64,000 nucleotides of DNA from assembly GCA_002633005.1 (NCBI GenBank), contig NMRA01000297.1, forward strand, positions 276,993-340,992, in the 5' to 3' direction. Of the stretch, positions 51,367 to 64,000 are shown one piece after another. This DNA is from Phoronis australis. Taxonomy: Eukaryota > Animalia > Phoronida. The translations under genes were made by a program, and so were the position numbers. The notes under the pieces were generated by a model. It saw only the letters and a program-made list of their open reading frames with translations. It made no database searches and had not been told where the DNA came from. The first letter of the stretch is position 1, and every line of letters begins with the position of its first letter.

Positions 51367-53287
51367 TTAACCATTCCGTGGTAGATCAGCAAAAAGAGAC
51401 TAAACTGACGGCTACGATCCATTACGATCCGTAGGTGGTTACAGAAACTAGGTAACAAGGGTTGGCCCCAATCTTTGTACAAACTTCTCCCCTTATCGCA
51501 ATATGCGTCTTTTACCTTAAATTCTATGTCGATATCCGCTGCTTAACGATAACATGGAACTACATGTACTAGCCTCGGTCTCCACTATTACCGTATAGTC
51601 ATTTTCAACGGTAAAATACTAATCTTAGTGTGTATATAAGGGTCCAGACGCGATATTTCGAGCTCAAAAGTCGTATGTGAAATGGTAAAATTGGGAGCAA
51701 CAGGGCCCAGGTTCGAACCTGCGTACTTGAAATGGACTTTTTTATTTTCTGTTTTACTTTACAGGGCAAACTCAGAATAAGTGTCTGTTGTTTGGTATTC
51801 GAGAATGTTATGGCTTATGCTGACAAGTGTTTGGTCCATGTTTGCACTTGATGACCCCTAGATTGGAGCTACATGTACAATCTCCAGTATTAAGTCGATA
51901 TTTGGATTAAAAGTTAGAAATTTTACGTTCAGACTCGAACTTACGGGGTTCTTGTTGTGGCCACAGAGCTGCTTTATTTCTCTATGAACTCGTTGCCAGC
52001 TGACGTGGAAACGTTATCTTTGTAATGGGCCCACATGATGACGCGTGCAAGTGATGACGTAACAACCAGTAAGTAGTCAGGTATTCACCAGATTCCAAAC
52101 GATTGACTCCCATGAATAATTTAGATCATAGACCAAACGGAGGTATATGCAGCGATGGAACAAGGGTCGGATATAGTGCATGTCCGTTTATTGACACTGG
52201 TGTTGAGAAGGGGTACATGTACATACAGAATAGAGCAGAAGAATTTTGGGATTATATGCTAAGAAAAACTTCTTAGTTTTGACCACAGTAATGTCATAAG
52301 AAACGCAGTCTTGGTTTTGCGAAGTTATTCCCAATCCCTACATTGGCTTCCAGTTAATCGCAAAAAGTCTGGGATTATTGTCATTGCGAAATATGCCGGG
52401 GCCAGAGGTTAAATCCGTTGTTGTTTGCCATTGATATCGCCAATTCTCCCCGTAGTCTGTCAGTTGTTCGCCGAAACAGAGGCCGGTGCCTTTGCAGTTT
52501 AAATATTTAAATACGCTAAAAACACTCTAAGCGAAAATGTCCCCTCCACCAGTAAATCGTCCGACCGCGGTTACTCTCACGAACGCAAAAGTGTCGCCGA
52601 AAATGTCACTTTAGCTATTCTTCTGATGTTGATCTACCTCTGTGTCAAACGAGGGTCGTATTGCATTAGGTAAGCTTCGACTGAAGTTACCAGTTTGTAC
52701 TCGACTAATGAGACATGATGATTGGTTATATACATATACAAATCTTGAACCGGTCATTATAAGTAACAAGTGGCGTGCAGACCAGACTCAAAATGTTTGT
52801 GATGATCTGTTATGTTTCAACATTAAGTCGTGGCAGAGACTGAGTTATTACATTGAATGCCAGACTTTAAATTATTAAGAGAGCTCTGTAGATAGATTGC
52901 TACTGAGCGTAGTCTACCGATTATATGCGTTCAGTTTGGAAAGCAAGAGCCATCACGAGACAAGCAACTAGCAAACTGAACAAGTGATCACGCGGCGTCC
53001 ACTTGAACAACATAATTCCCAGGCGTCTTTGCCGGGCTGCACTCACTTCGCCAACAATAAGCCTTTAAGATGTACTAGCATGTTCCTGAATATGATAATG
53101 TATAGCAGGAACTGAACAACGACTGCTATTTGCTATCATTATCAACACTGAACAAAGGCAGTTGTATTCGCTGACAGCTTGCAAATGTGAAAAATTAACA
53201 AAGCAAATAGGTATTCTTAGTTTTCAAGCTACTTATATGTAAAATATATACTTTTTGTCACACATTGTGCAACCTGGCAACTGGCTC

Positions 53288-53512
53288 TCTATAACTACTG
53301 GTTGACAATTAAAGGAGCCGGGGTTTAACATTAACGGTCATGAGAGACAGCTTCTATAATTCTACTGGGTAATAAAGGAGTCAGGATTTAACATGGACAG
53401 TCACAATCAGGTTTTACAACTACTGTGTGACAAAAGGAGTCAGGGCTTAACATTGATGGCCAAAGACAGCCTTTATAACTACTGGGTGACAGGAGCCAGG
53501 ATTTAACATTAA
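53288..53512 (+). repeat. Degenerate ~60-bp tandem repeat, 4 copies
   Basis: Recurring TATAACTACTG...AGGAG(C/T)CAGGATTTAACAT. Confidence 0.7.
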
Positions 53513-53756
53513 GGCATCGTAACCTAATTGAGAGGGTGTGCTAAACAATTCCTTGGCATTCTTAAAGATTCTTGATACGATCTTCATAACCCCATTCCCT
53601 GATTATCAGCCCGCCACACACGCCATATCCCCCAAACCGCGTCCCTAAATTACGCAACGAACGCGCCAGAGATGCCCCAAACACGGTACTCCTCACCCCT
53701 TAAAGTTTAAGAAATTAAACAGTCTCGCCAGTTGATTGCTTTGAGTCTGAACTTAC

Positions 53757-53841
53757 GACGGGATTCCTTCCCAAAATCAGGCATCTGATTGACTCCAAAG
53801 GCTTGGAATACATGTTGGCTGAACGGTCCATCCTCCTCCAT
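53757..53841 (-). CDS. KCNIP: KChIP-like, candidate first coding exon (MEEDGPFSQHVFQAFGVNQMPDFGKESR)
   Basis: ATG in good context (GCAATGG); C|GTAAGT donor in phase 1, matching the exon at 49168. No homology support. Confidence 0.5.
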
Positions 53842-56800
53842 TGCAGATAGCACTTTGCAAATTAAAAGATGTATACATGCATCCCGCACATCAGATATAC
53901 TGACGTTATGCACGATGTTTTAGCATGAGGGTAAAGCCGCTATAGTTCGACGCCCAGCATATGAAACTAAGGTTTGACTGAAAACCCAGGGCACTTGCTC
54001 CATTGGATAACTCATTCGTTTCACATTTTCAGATGGGCTTGGGGGAACAATGTCACGAGCGCTATGTTCTCCACGTAATGATTTTAAGCTACCGCCCGGT
54101 CCAATTTAGCTGACAACGTTGAATCATAAACCGAATTCGCTATGGGGTTTACAAACATTATCACTGACATCCTATTTTGAATTATTAGTGAAACACACTG
54201 CCAGCTCAAATCTCAGACAATGCTTACAAGAACCATTTTTGCATCAGAAATTAAATTTGGATAATCATAATAAATTCTGAAGCGTTTTTTGAGTTGCCGT
54301 TGTTTTCAATGCTTCATTTGTTAACGGAAATAGAACGCAACATGCGTTATGCTTTCTGTTTGGTTTAAAGCGTCATGCCGCCCCTATTTAGCTGACAATC
54401 CGTTTTGCTTTCCTCTTGGTTTAAAGTGGCATGTCGCCCTTATTTAGATGACAATGTTGGACTTTAAACCGACTTGCCTTTTGGATTAAAACATAACCAT
54501 CTTAAATTATCGTCAGCATGAGATATACTGGCAACTCAAGTCACAATCAATGCTTACAGACGTCATTTTCAAATCGGAAGTTTTAGGTTTAGCAAGTTTT
54601 AATTAAGTCTAAGTGCGTTTCCTGAAGTCACCGTTTGGATGTACTTGTGAATCTTAATACGGTGAGGTCTAATTTATGAGACATATTTTATGAGAGTAAA
54701 GACTTAAACTCTATTTTCACAGGGCAAAACGCAGCTTCAACCACTTCGACGGTTTCGACTGGTCAGCCGACTGAAATACGCGATTGGTTTGTAAGCCCGA
54801 AGTCGTAATCGATAACAAATCAGATGTCTTAGCTCTTTGACCCAGCCAAGTACATGTAAATTAAGTGAAGCCATGGTTGAGACAACACGTATGCCTGCAA
54901 TGATAAAAAATAACAAGATTAAATTGAATTCTGCATTTTTGAAAGTGTCGTCGTCAAATCACCACTAAAAAAAGTAATCTTAAATCAATGGGGTGTAAGA
55001 CTTCAGAGATTTGTGTACGACGAGCCTGAGGGAGGTACACACAGCATACAATTCTAAAACTGTACTTGAGTTTCGATTTGAGACAACTAAAGTTTGGATA
55101 CCAAGCTCGGTAAATTTTTGAGAGTCAAGTTTTTTTGTTTCTTATACCTCTAAGGTTATGAGTCCTTGGGCGACACCAAGAATTTCAGGTTTAGACGCTA
55201 TTGTGCACTCCATGGGGTCTAGGGACATTCCCACCGGCACACTTTCCAAACAGCTCAATCCGTCATTGTTTCACTGAGAATGTTGTTGATTAAACCAATT
55301 GCTATAGATACTGAAGTCCAATCTGAATACAGGAACGAGCACATATTGGTGTAAGCTCGAAAACCAACGTTTTCGTGTAACCGGTGACAAAGACAAACAC
55401 CGACCAGTTTTTTTAATCATTACCAACAAACACACACTCTAGCAGACAGAACACCTCTACTTGCGTATACATTCACAAAACGTACCGAGATGAAATAATA
55501 TCCCACTAGACTTTATTCCGCGTATCGACCGAGACCGAAGGTCAAGATCGATTTATACTGCCGCAATTGCATTACTTTAAATAAACTATTTTGCGAAAGT
55601 TTGATGATCGAACTGGCTAACGACGTCGAGTCGACGTTGATATACCTTTTGAACTTTCCATGTGAGAGGTCATTGTTAAAATAGTGCGAGAGGGGAATAA
55701 GGAAAACAATATCACATGGCCGACGGTATTAAACTCGACTGATTCAACGCGCCTATGGGATAATCCTATGGCACTGAGGTCGCATTTCACTATATTGCCT
55801 CCATGTTATAATCGGAAACGACGTCACTGAGTTTTGAATGCTGCTACGCCATGCTATTTACAAATGCCCAATCGAAGATATTACATTGGATCTGACGTTC
55901 ACGAGGCCTTATTAAACGACTGAATCAAGGCATTATGTATAACACACCGTTGGACTTCGTACCGCACGTATGTGTGGACGATTCTAAAACTGGCTGTGTT
56001 CGCCTCCTTCTCCACGCACTTCATATCAAAATAACTTGCTCGTTTTCCGCCTAGTGCTAACAACAGGCTTTTTGTCTAGCCAGTTACTTGTTCATTTTGA
56101 GTTATTGAGGTATCTGCAACAATATATTTCGACTAGCTTTGGGTCAATTTTTTCGTGCAATTCATACTCTTGTGGTCGAAAACCTATCCAGACATGGCGG
56201 AAGTAATTACCATATGCTCGCGTGCTCAGTTACACAAATGGGGACCAAGCTGATGACGCTTCTAAGCTTTCTTGAGCTTCATCTTCTGAAAAATACAGCT
56301 AACAGCTCTTCTGTAGCTACATAAGACCACCGAGAACATATTCAATCTAAGTTCATAACTGTGAGTGGTCTCAATCATAAAGTGTTCCTTGTGATGACTG
56401 GTGGGCTTATAACCGCTTTATAATATCGAAGCCTGAGTAGAATTGATCTCTGGAGTTACCGAAATTACATTTTGTGTCCAAGTGTTATTGTTACTGATTA
56501 CTTCAATCAAGATCGGGAGGTTGGCAAAGACACGTTAATATTGATCATCTATTAACTCCATCCGTTTATTATTTACTTACTTGAGCTCTTTGTCGTTTTA
56601 CACAATGCTAAATATATCCTCTGGATGAATGATCGCCCTCTATCGCGAGTTTGCATTCGCACACCACGCTTTGCAGAAATGCTTGCTCCCGAAAACATAT
56701 CAACGGGTTTTGAAAAGAAATATGCACTCGTTTAACTCAAATAGTTTCTAAATGATTAGTCTGAAGTTGGCTATGAACGTGTGCTACATCGACCATCTCG

Positions 56801-59800
56801 AATGAGTGGCATGACAAAACATCTAGTGGGAGAGAATATTAACCACGGAACATGTGTGCACAGAACAAAGCCTTTGAATAAAACTTCTGTATTGAAGCTG
56901 GCTGCAACACCTAAAGTGTACTACTTTCCAAACACTATTCATACCAACCAACACCTTTGCAACACGCCACTCAATATCTAACCACAAAACAATAGCTTTT
57001 ATTCTTTAGCAACATTGTACATCTGTTTACAGTTACATAAGACGTAATTATTTGTAGCTGAAAGCCATTGACCATTTGCAACAAGAGCTTACTAAAGTTA
57101 GACTATTGGTCAGTCGGTGAAATTGTTAAGCACACTGTAAAAATATTTAGTTATTGCAATGGGTGGCTAAGTCATTGTATCAATGGCCACTGTTTGTTAT
57201 ATATCATAATGAATTAGTCACGAAACTCTTCACGGCGGTGTATCACTAAACACTAATTGTGTAAGCACAATAGGGAAGCCTACAGACGTGATGGTGTGCA
57301 CGAAAACGACACTTTTACATGGGCCGAGATGTAGTTATAACACGTAACGCTGAAAAAATTGAGTGAAGATAAATATCGTGGTGGTCGTAATGAGCGTAAT
57401 AAGGCCGTATTTAGAAGATTACACACAATACGAGACAACCACTGTACCGAGGTGTATAGGTGAAAACAAGGCATGTGCAGTCATGGTAAAAACTCGCAGT
57501 ATTTGCCAATGTTCGTTAAAACCTGTCTAGGAATTTCAGTGGTAGATATACATGTAGGGTTATACGCAATGAACGACACCTATTACCACCAGGGTCCGCC
57601 ACGACAGTAGTTGAATTAGCACGAAAATTAAAAAGGGAAAATGAATTAGCCTATACTTTCGACAGGAATTGTTTCTAAATATTTAATATATTTGACGAGC
57701 TTTTGCGTTCCATATCTCTTTAAATTGGTCAATCACCAAATCCTACATGGCATTCCCCATAACTTGCTCCACCGGGATTCCTATCAGCTGATTTGCTGTG
57801 ACGGAATCGGCCATACAAAGAAGGCGAGCTTAATCCTGCTCTGTTGTGGGTATTGCAAAAACGTCAGTCCCGAAGGTTGGCTGTAGAATGTCAGTGAGAC
57901 AAATTAAGTCACACAAAGTAGTCAAAATGTGTTTACAAACAACATATGGATTTTTATTAGCTGACGCCACTCACCAAATGCTTCTTCTTGAGAATCCGTC
58001 GATGCCATTGGCGGACTTAGATTTGGGGGGCTAGGGGCCATGCCCCTCTAAAATTCTCCCATTATTTCATTTGTCAGGTCGGGGGCGCGAATGGTTGGCA
58101 GTCAAAATCCTGGCTAATACTCTGCTCTGTCCCCTGATTCAAAATCGTGGATCCACCCCTGGATGTAGCCGTGTATGCATTTACCGTACAGTTTTAATTT
58201 ATCCCGGCCCACGGGTGAAACATTCCCGTCTAACGAGCTTCCTCTGTCGCCCATTCTACACCCCTAACAGGATCAACAAAATTCAATACTTGGCGTGTGA
58301 CAATTTGTCTATCACTAACAATTCCGTGAATCTTCGTGATTTTGCTGTGAATTCAATAATCGAGAATCCTACCGGTACCTATGTTTTATTATTACTACTA
58401 TTAATTTATTACAGTGACATGAGGTTGCGTGATCTCAAATACGGAATATTCACCACACCCTGCAGACTCAATAGGCTTTCTCAGTCACTTAATAACAATT
58501 AAACCACAACAAAACATAATGCAGACACTCAAATCTCACAAGTTCAGACTAGCTTACAAAAAAATATTCACTGCTAACCTGCAAAGCATCTTGAATTAAT
58601 TTTGTTAGACTTTTCAAGTTATTTTGGAATATTTGAGGCAGGGTAGAACCTCGTATAAAAACGGCCGAATATGAATATGACCCCTTGATGAATTATCAGG
58701 TGGAGGATAGCAAAAAATACAATTACATGTATGCATTACACTAATATGAGCGTGTATCAGTTAGTCTTAAAGCTAATATACTATCATAAGATTTATCAAC
58801 AATATCGATGTTCAATGTTTTAAGCAAGTCAATCTTAATTCCCACCTCATCCGAACCTCTTGGGGTCCGCTTGTTTGTAAGCTGCCTATATGTCCGTACT
58901 AACAATAGCCGGGCAAGGTAATAGATTTATTAGCATGTAAATGAGCTTTTATGACCCCTATAATGTAGGCGTAGAATGAAGACAGCAATAGTTCACGGAG
59001 CAATGATTTGTTGGCTGTCCAATCACCGACATTGGCCACGCAAATCATCAAAACGCTTTCCTAGCTATTTGCATCACACATTGTTTTGTTTCCCGAATCA
59101 GCCTTATTAACTGTGGCCACTCTCACAATTTGACCATTTGAGCAGATCTTGAATTTGTTGTTGTTCGGCAAAGATTCAATGATTATTTTGAATTTTATTT
59201 TTAGTTAATCTGTCTGTGTGAGATTTGCTTCCAGGAAGAAAAAAATCGTTGAAATATAGGCGTGCTCTATAATTTCTGTGTTCCGCAGCACTAGAAATTT
59301 TGAGCCAGTGAATCAACAACATTGACCAAGGTAAGTCTAGTATCCCTCTGTCTAGCATTCAGACGGGTGCAGTCCACTAGGGTCACCTCTGAAGACAGGC
59401 CCAGCCTACATGCATATATCACTAGTTCTTCCACACACAACTTCACGATCTGGTTCCATTCATTATGCCTGATGCAGTAATATACATACACTCTTTCACA
59501 CTGCTACAAAAGGTAGCACTGTGGACTATTGTTTATGGCTTCTCATTGGTTAAAGTAATGAAACTGACGCCATTCAGTCATTCCCGATGGTTGAAATCTG
59601 GGAACACCTTTTCAGTTTACTCTTACGTAGCATGGCGACCACCTTTGACTTCAATAGTTGCCATTTATTAAAACGAGCAGTGATCGAAGTAAACAAAAAT
59701 AAAGGAAACCCGATCCCGTGGCTATAAGCCCAAACAAGTACAGCGCATAGAAGGCGTGTGCAAATGAATTTTCTACATCAGTTTACCTCAAGCCTACTGA

Positions 59801-59819
59801 TAAAGGTTTGTCTCCACGC

Positions 59820-60614
59820 CAAAAGTGAGTGCCCTGAGCGGTATAAGGTCGCCCCTGTGGTCAACTTCCTGAAGAGGGCGTATTTGATGTCGTCCAACTG
59901 GCTATTGTTCAATCAACAGGTAGATCGCATATAAGACAAACACTGGTAAATAATGGGTATACCAATGCTTTTGTAGATTTCCATATTAAGCGATTTGTGT
60001 CCAGAATTAGCTATGAAGTCCCTTCTCCCCGGTGTAATCAAAAAGATATTTTACAAAAATGTCATGTCTAATAATTACCTCCAGGACGAACACGCCATTA
60101 AGAAAATTGTAAGGTATAATGTTAAAGCTTGTAAGCCTGATGATTACCTTGATGTTATTATTTATTATCCGTAGGAAGTCCAGGCTCCAACTTGGTCGTG
60201 AAAAATAACAATTCTAAAGCGAAAGTCCGCTCCGTTGCACATTGTAGTGTTGAGTTTGTATGCCCTATGAACGAATGTCTTCGTTCAAACGTCAAACAAT
60301 ATTACATTGATCAAACTGTTCGCAGCCTTTCCAGTCGGATATCCATGCATCTTCAAAATGGCGTTATCCAAGATCATTTTCTGCAATGTCACGAATGTAA
60401 AGTCAAAAGTCAAGAAATTGTGGAAAACACGTCAATTGGCTACGTGTAGCAAGATGTGCTGAGTTTGAAAGTATATTTAGTTGCTTTTGAGAAGCCTGTT
60501 TTAAATGAGCAGCAAACATGGTCGCGCCGTACGTTAGACTTGTTTGCGTGACTTTCCTGTCGCCCCCCTCCTTCATTAATCATTCTTTGGAGTATTTCAC
60601 ACTCGCCGTGTCCC

Positions 60615-60658
<44 letters not shown>

Positions 60659-60760
60659 TGTGTGAGCTTATACTCTGTGGTGGCATTACTGCGTCATCTT
60701 ATCTTCACTTGAGAATGAAACAAGTATGTTTCGAAATATCGTGGGTCTTTTGATTATGTC
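59820..60760 (+). mobile_element. Penelope-like retroelement relic (RT thumb and GIY-YIG endonuclease)
   Basis: SECPERYK..FLKRAY..LVNNGY, then FVCPMNEC...YYIDQT.RSLSSRISMHLQNG.IQDH; tail CTTGAGAATGAAAC...TTTCGAAATATCG. Confidence 0.75.
60617..60665 (+). repeat. (TG)n microsatellite
   Basis: Read directly; (TA)n also at 60851-60874. Confidence 0.95.
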
Positions 60761-60949
60761 ACTAGGTCAGTTACTGTTTCTATGTTCAGTTGACAGTTTT
60801 GTTCCGAAAGTACGAATGTAACGGAATAGTCGTGCGTTTAACAAATTCTGTATATATATATATATATATATATACATGTTTATATGCAGATGTGGGGTTA
60901 TTATCTGAAACCTTGAAGTGGGGTAAAATTTTGAGACCTTGTTCCGGGG

Positions 60950-61165
60950 TATATAGAAAATATATATCCCGCAACTATATATCCCTCACTAGGTATATGC
61001 CCCAGTACAATATATAGCCCGCAAGTATATATGTCCCGTTAGGTGTATACAATATATACCCCGCAAATTTATATGTCCCATTAGATGTATGCCCCACTAC
61101 ATTACATATCCCGGTTTTCCACTGTTTCCATCCAATATACAAGCCCCGCAACTACATGTATATTT
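60950..61165 (+). repeat. Degenerate tandem repeat
   Basis: Recurring ATATA..CCCGCAA.TATATAT..CC..TTAG.TGTAT. Confidence 0.6.
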
Positions 61166-61449
61166 GTGTCACATTCGGTTAAAGTCCGTATGTACCAAAA
61201 TACAGTCCTCCAAAGACCACTTTAATATCATGTATGCGTCCACAACAGATTTTACCACTTTCAAACTTAGAAATGTGTGATGCTTTTATCTGTTTATTAT
61301 TCTGAAACGTGAGCAGATGACACTATCTGTGTCAGGTTCTACGGTATAAGTTGATACCTTTGATAAAAATACACTTCTACAAATACGTTGACACCATTGT
61401 GAATGACATTCTTGCTTAATTCGCCAACAAAAATTCTCACAGATGAACA

Positions 61450-63860
61450 TTTAATCATTTATTAATCTTGCACATAGTGAACTATGAATACCCAAATTAT
61501 CTTTAAAATCAAGTGATGGGCACCAAAAATAGAGGATACATATACATCCATAGGAACAATGCTTGTGACATGCATGTACAAACAGTTTCATCCTGCACAT
61601 CTTAGCAGACCTCCAGTCACCACAGTTATAGAATCCGACCATCTTAGTAACAATTACCACTAAAAATGCAATTAAAGAAAATTTGACAGTTTTAGATTAA
61701 ATGGTGTTTGCTTTCTTCACAAAGAACCTCTTATGCATAGTGACGACAATTCTCAATAACTGAAAGCAGTTATTTTTAAAGATGTTTAAACTGCAAAAAC
61801 TGCAATGCCATTTGCCTGAATTGTCTAATTAACAAAACTCATGTTCTGAAAGGCTGTGATTGAAGTGATGATGGTGATGGTGAAGACCCTAAGGAACGAA
61901 GGTGGCACTTTATAGCTAAAGACACAAAAAACATAATTAAAATATTCATTGTCACTACCATTAGTAAGGGCATATCCTGGTAACTCGCTACGCCATTATC
62001 TAATGTCCTGCTATCATCGCTTTGAGCATCACAAACAGATCCCAATGACTCTTTTACCACCTCGATGGAGTCTGTCGTATTGTCATCATCAATTTAGTAT
62101 AGTTTGGAAAATTTTCCTTTATCTTAAACATTTCCAGACTTCATACTCTTGTTGACATTAATTTAGTGTATCACCTGAAAATACAATTGGAAATTTTAAA
62201 CATACATTTTGCTATGACAAAAGTTTGAAGATTGGGCAGGATGCTCTTTTCCATAATAAATGCATTGTGAAAGCTCTCATAAAACAGCTTTTGTTACAGT
62301 GTCTAAGACTTAATTTTAGGGAATTACAGGCATTTTTTGTATGTTTTATTAAACTTAGGCCTGACAGGTATCTGCTTAGTTTCATTTTTTTACAATTTTC
62401 ACAATTTACTTAAAATAGAACTGTTATCATTTGGCAGGTATCCTTGCACACATTGCAAAAGCTGTCATTCCTGTGAGGTATATATTTAGTTATGTAATCT
62501 TTAGTTATACTTTACGCGAATGTCTTCTTCACATGGTGAATATTTGTCACCACTGGAGCATGAATTTAGCTATGAGGTTTACACATTAGAGCAACCATTT
62601 TTTGTTGTCGCACTAAGGATTGGAGCTAACGCTGGAGCTTCAGACCATGGACATGGAGTACATTCTTACTAAAATACACTATTTTACACAAACAATATAA
62701 CATTAACAATGATAATAATAACAATACTTTTGTGATTTCTTTGTAGTTCAAATCTGTTAGGTGTGTCCCCTTTAGCATCCCTGCAGGTCGATAGTACAAA
62801 AGGGAGTTAGTCGGAAAGACGTTTTAGGAGCAGTGGCCTTTTTATAGGTTTCTGGTATGAAGACCAAAGGACTTTTATCCTAAAGAGTGTTAACCAGAAA
62901 AAAAATGTGCTTAATTTGTTTGTGAAAATTTGACTTCACTTAAAAAGGAAACTAAACCATGTTCTAATGATTTCAACCAATCCTGTCATCTGCTCATGCC
63001 TCATTGGCATCAGTCTTGAAAGAGCTGGAATTACTAAAAACTTGCACCCCTATCTCGCCTTTTGGTCCTTGGTGGGTGGTCTTTTCACACAGTTCCAATT
63101 AGATGACTTTCAAGAGTTTCAAAATTTTCTGAACTTTTCAAAGTTGTCGAGAGTTACAGGCCGTTATTTTGTTCCTGCATAGTAAAGATGTTTTTGTATT
63201 TGGTGATAAGTCAAAACCGAGTCTGCCTTCCTTTTGATTTTCTGAAGTGTCTTTGATCGGAAGGGCCATTGGTCTGATTGGTCCACTGAGCATTACATCT
63301 TGCAGTAAACCTGATTAGCAAGCATGAAAGAGTGCCAGGTAATCATATTGCCATGACCGTGATAGGATGACAAAAGAAAAATGACGAAAGAGGCGTGCAT
63401 CTTCAAAACAAAGTCGTTATCATTTGCATTCATAATAATTCTTAATTGTGCTTAAATGTACTAAAACAGCAGTCTTCTATAAGCTCTGTTGTAATGTCAT
63501 CACCCAGACCACTTTCAGACTGACAGTCCTTCGAACGAAAGTTCCTTTGCACTAGAGACTATCAAAGGTCCTTCGGAATACAGGATCGACCAACCCCATC
63601 TCAGCACATTTCGTACAGACATCACAAAACAATATAGAAATAGAAACTACATGTATAGCTGAAAAGGTATTACCATATGTTTGACATCAGCAAGAAATAA
63701 ATTTTGAATTTACAAAGATATTGTTTGATGAAATTTGAAAAACAAGTAATTTTAAATTACGTGACTTACCTTTCAGACGATCTATCAGAAAATTCTTGAT
63801 TATTTTAGCAGAACTGAACACCTTGTGACAAAAACGGCATCCATCACTTCTTCATCTGAA
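61450..63860 (-). pseudogene. Unidentified decayed coding-like sequence
   Basis: Codon-like stretches broken by scattered stops, CxxC motifs, and exon-like AG/GT boundaries (e.g. 63855-63770). No family recognised. Confidence 0.25.
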
Positions 63861-64000
63861 ACAAATTACAAATGGAGTGATCTATGCAGCAACTTTACAT
63901 TTGCATTCATTTGTTTGGCTTATTTAAAGCTGTCTTCTAAATTTCCAATAACACGAGTTTGAAAGTTTTTAAGTTATTCTGCTACATTAAATGGTTCACC

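Overview
AT-rich, repeat-rich animal genomic DNA with GT-AG introns and two single-N assembly gaps (19715, 46546). It is probably from an invertebrate bilaterian; the species cannot be determined from sequence alone. Two spliced genes lie tail-to-tail. On + is a three-exon Vax homeobox gene (7796-22998, about 202 aa). On - is a KChIP/KCNIP (calsenilin-like) EF-hand neuronal calcium sensor, with five firm exons (49168-27237) plus candidate first (53841-53757) and last (27098-27069) exons. The rest is decayed mobile DNA: an L1/Tx1 LINE, a Gmr1-like Gypsy element with integrase directly after protease and RT missing, an Academ relic, three TTAA-flanked Kolobok-like copies with a THAP remnant, Penelope-like relics, a Harbinger-type MITE, two AT-duplicating TIR elements, a pearl/HINE-like element with about 11 co-oriented CTCF-like motifs, long palindromes and minisatellites. 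Nearly all supplied ORFs are spurious or TE fragments. I found no evidence of a wholly new enzymatic system. The best leads are the Vax-KChIP adjacency, the CTCF-like motif array, the AT-TSD elements and a 298-bp foldback.
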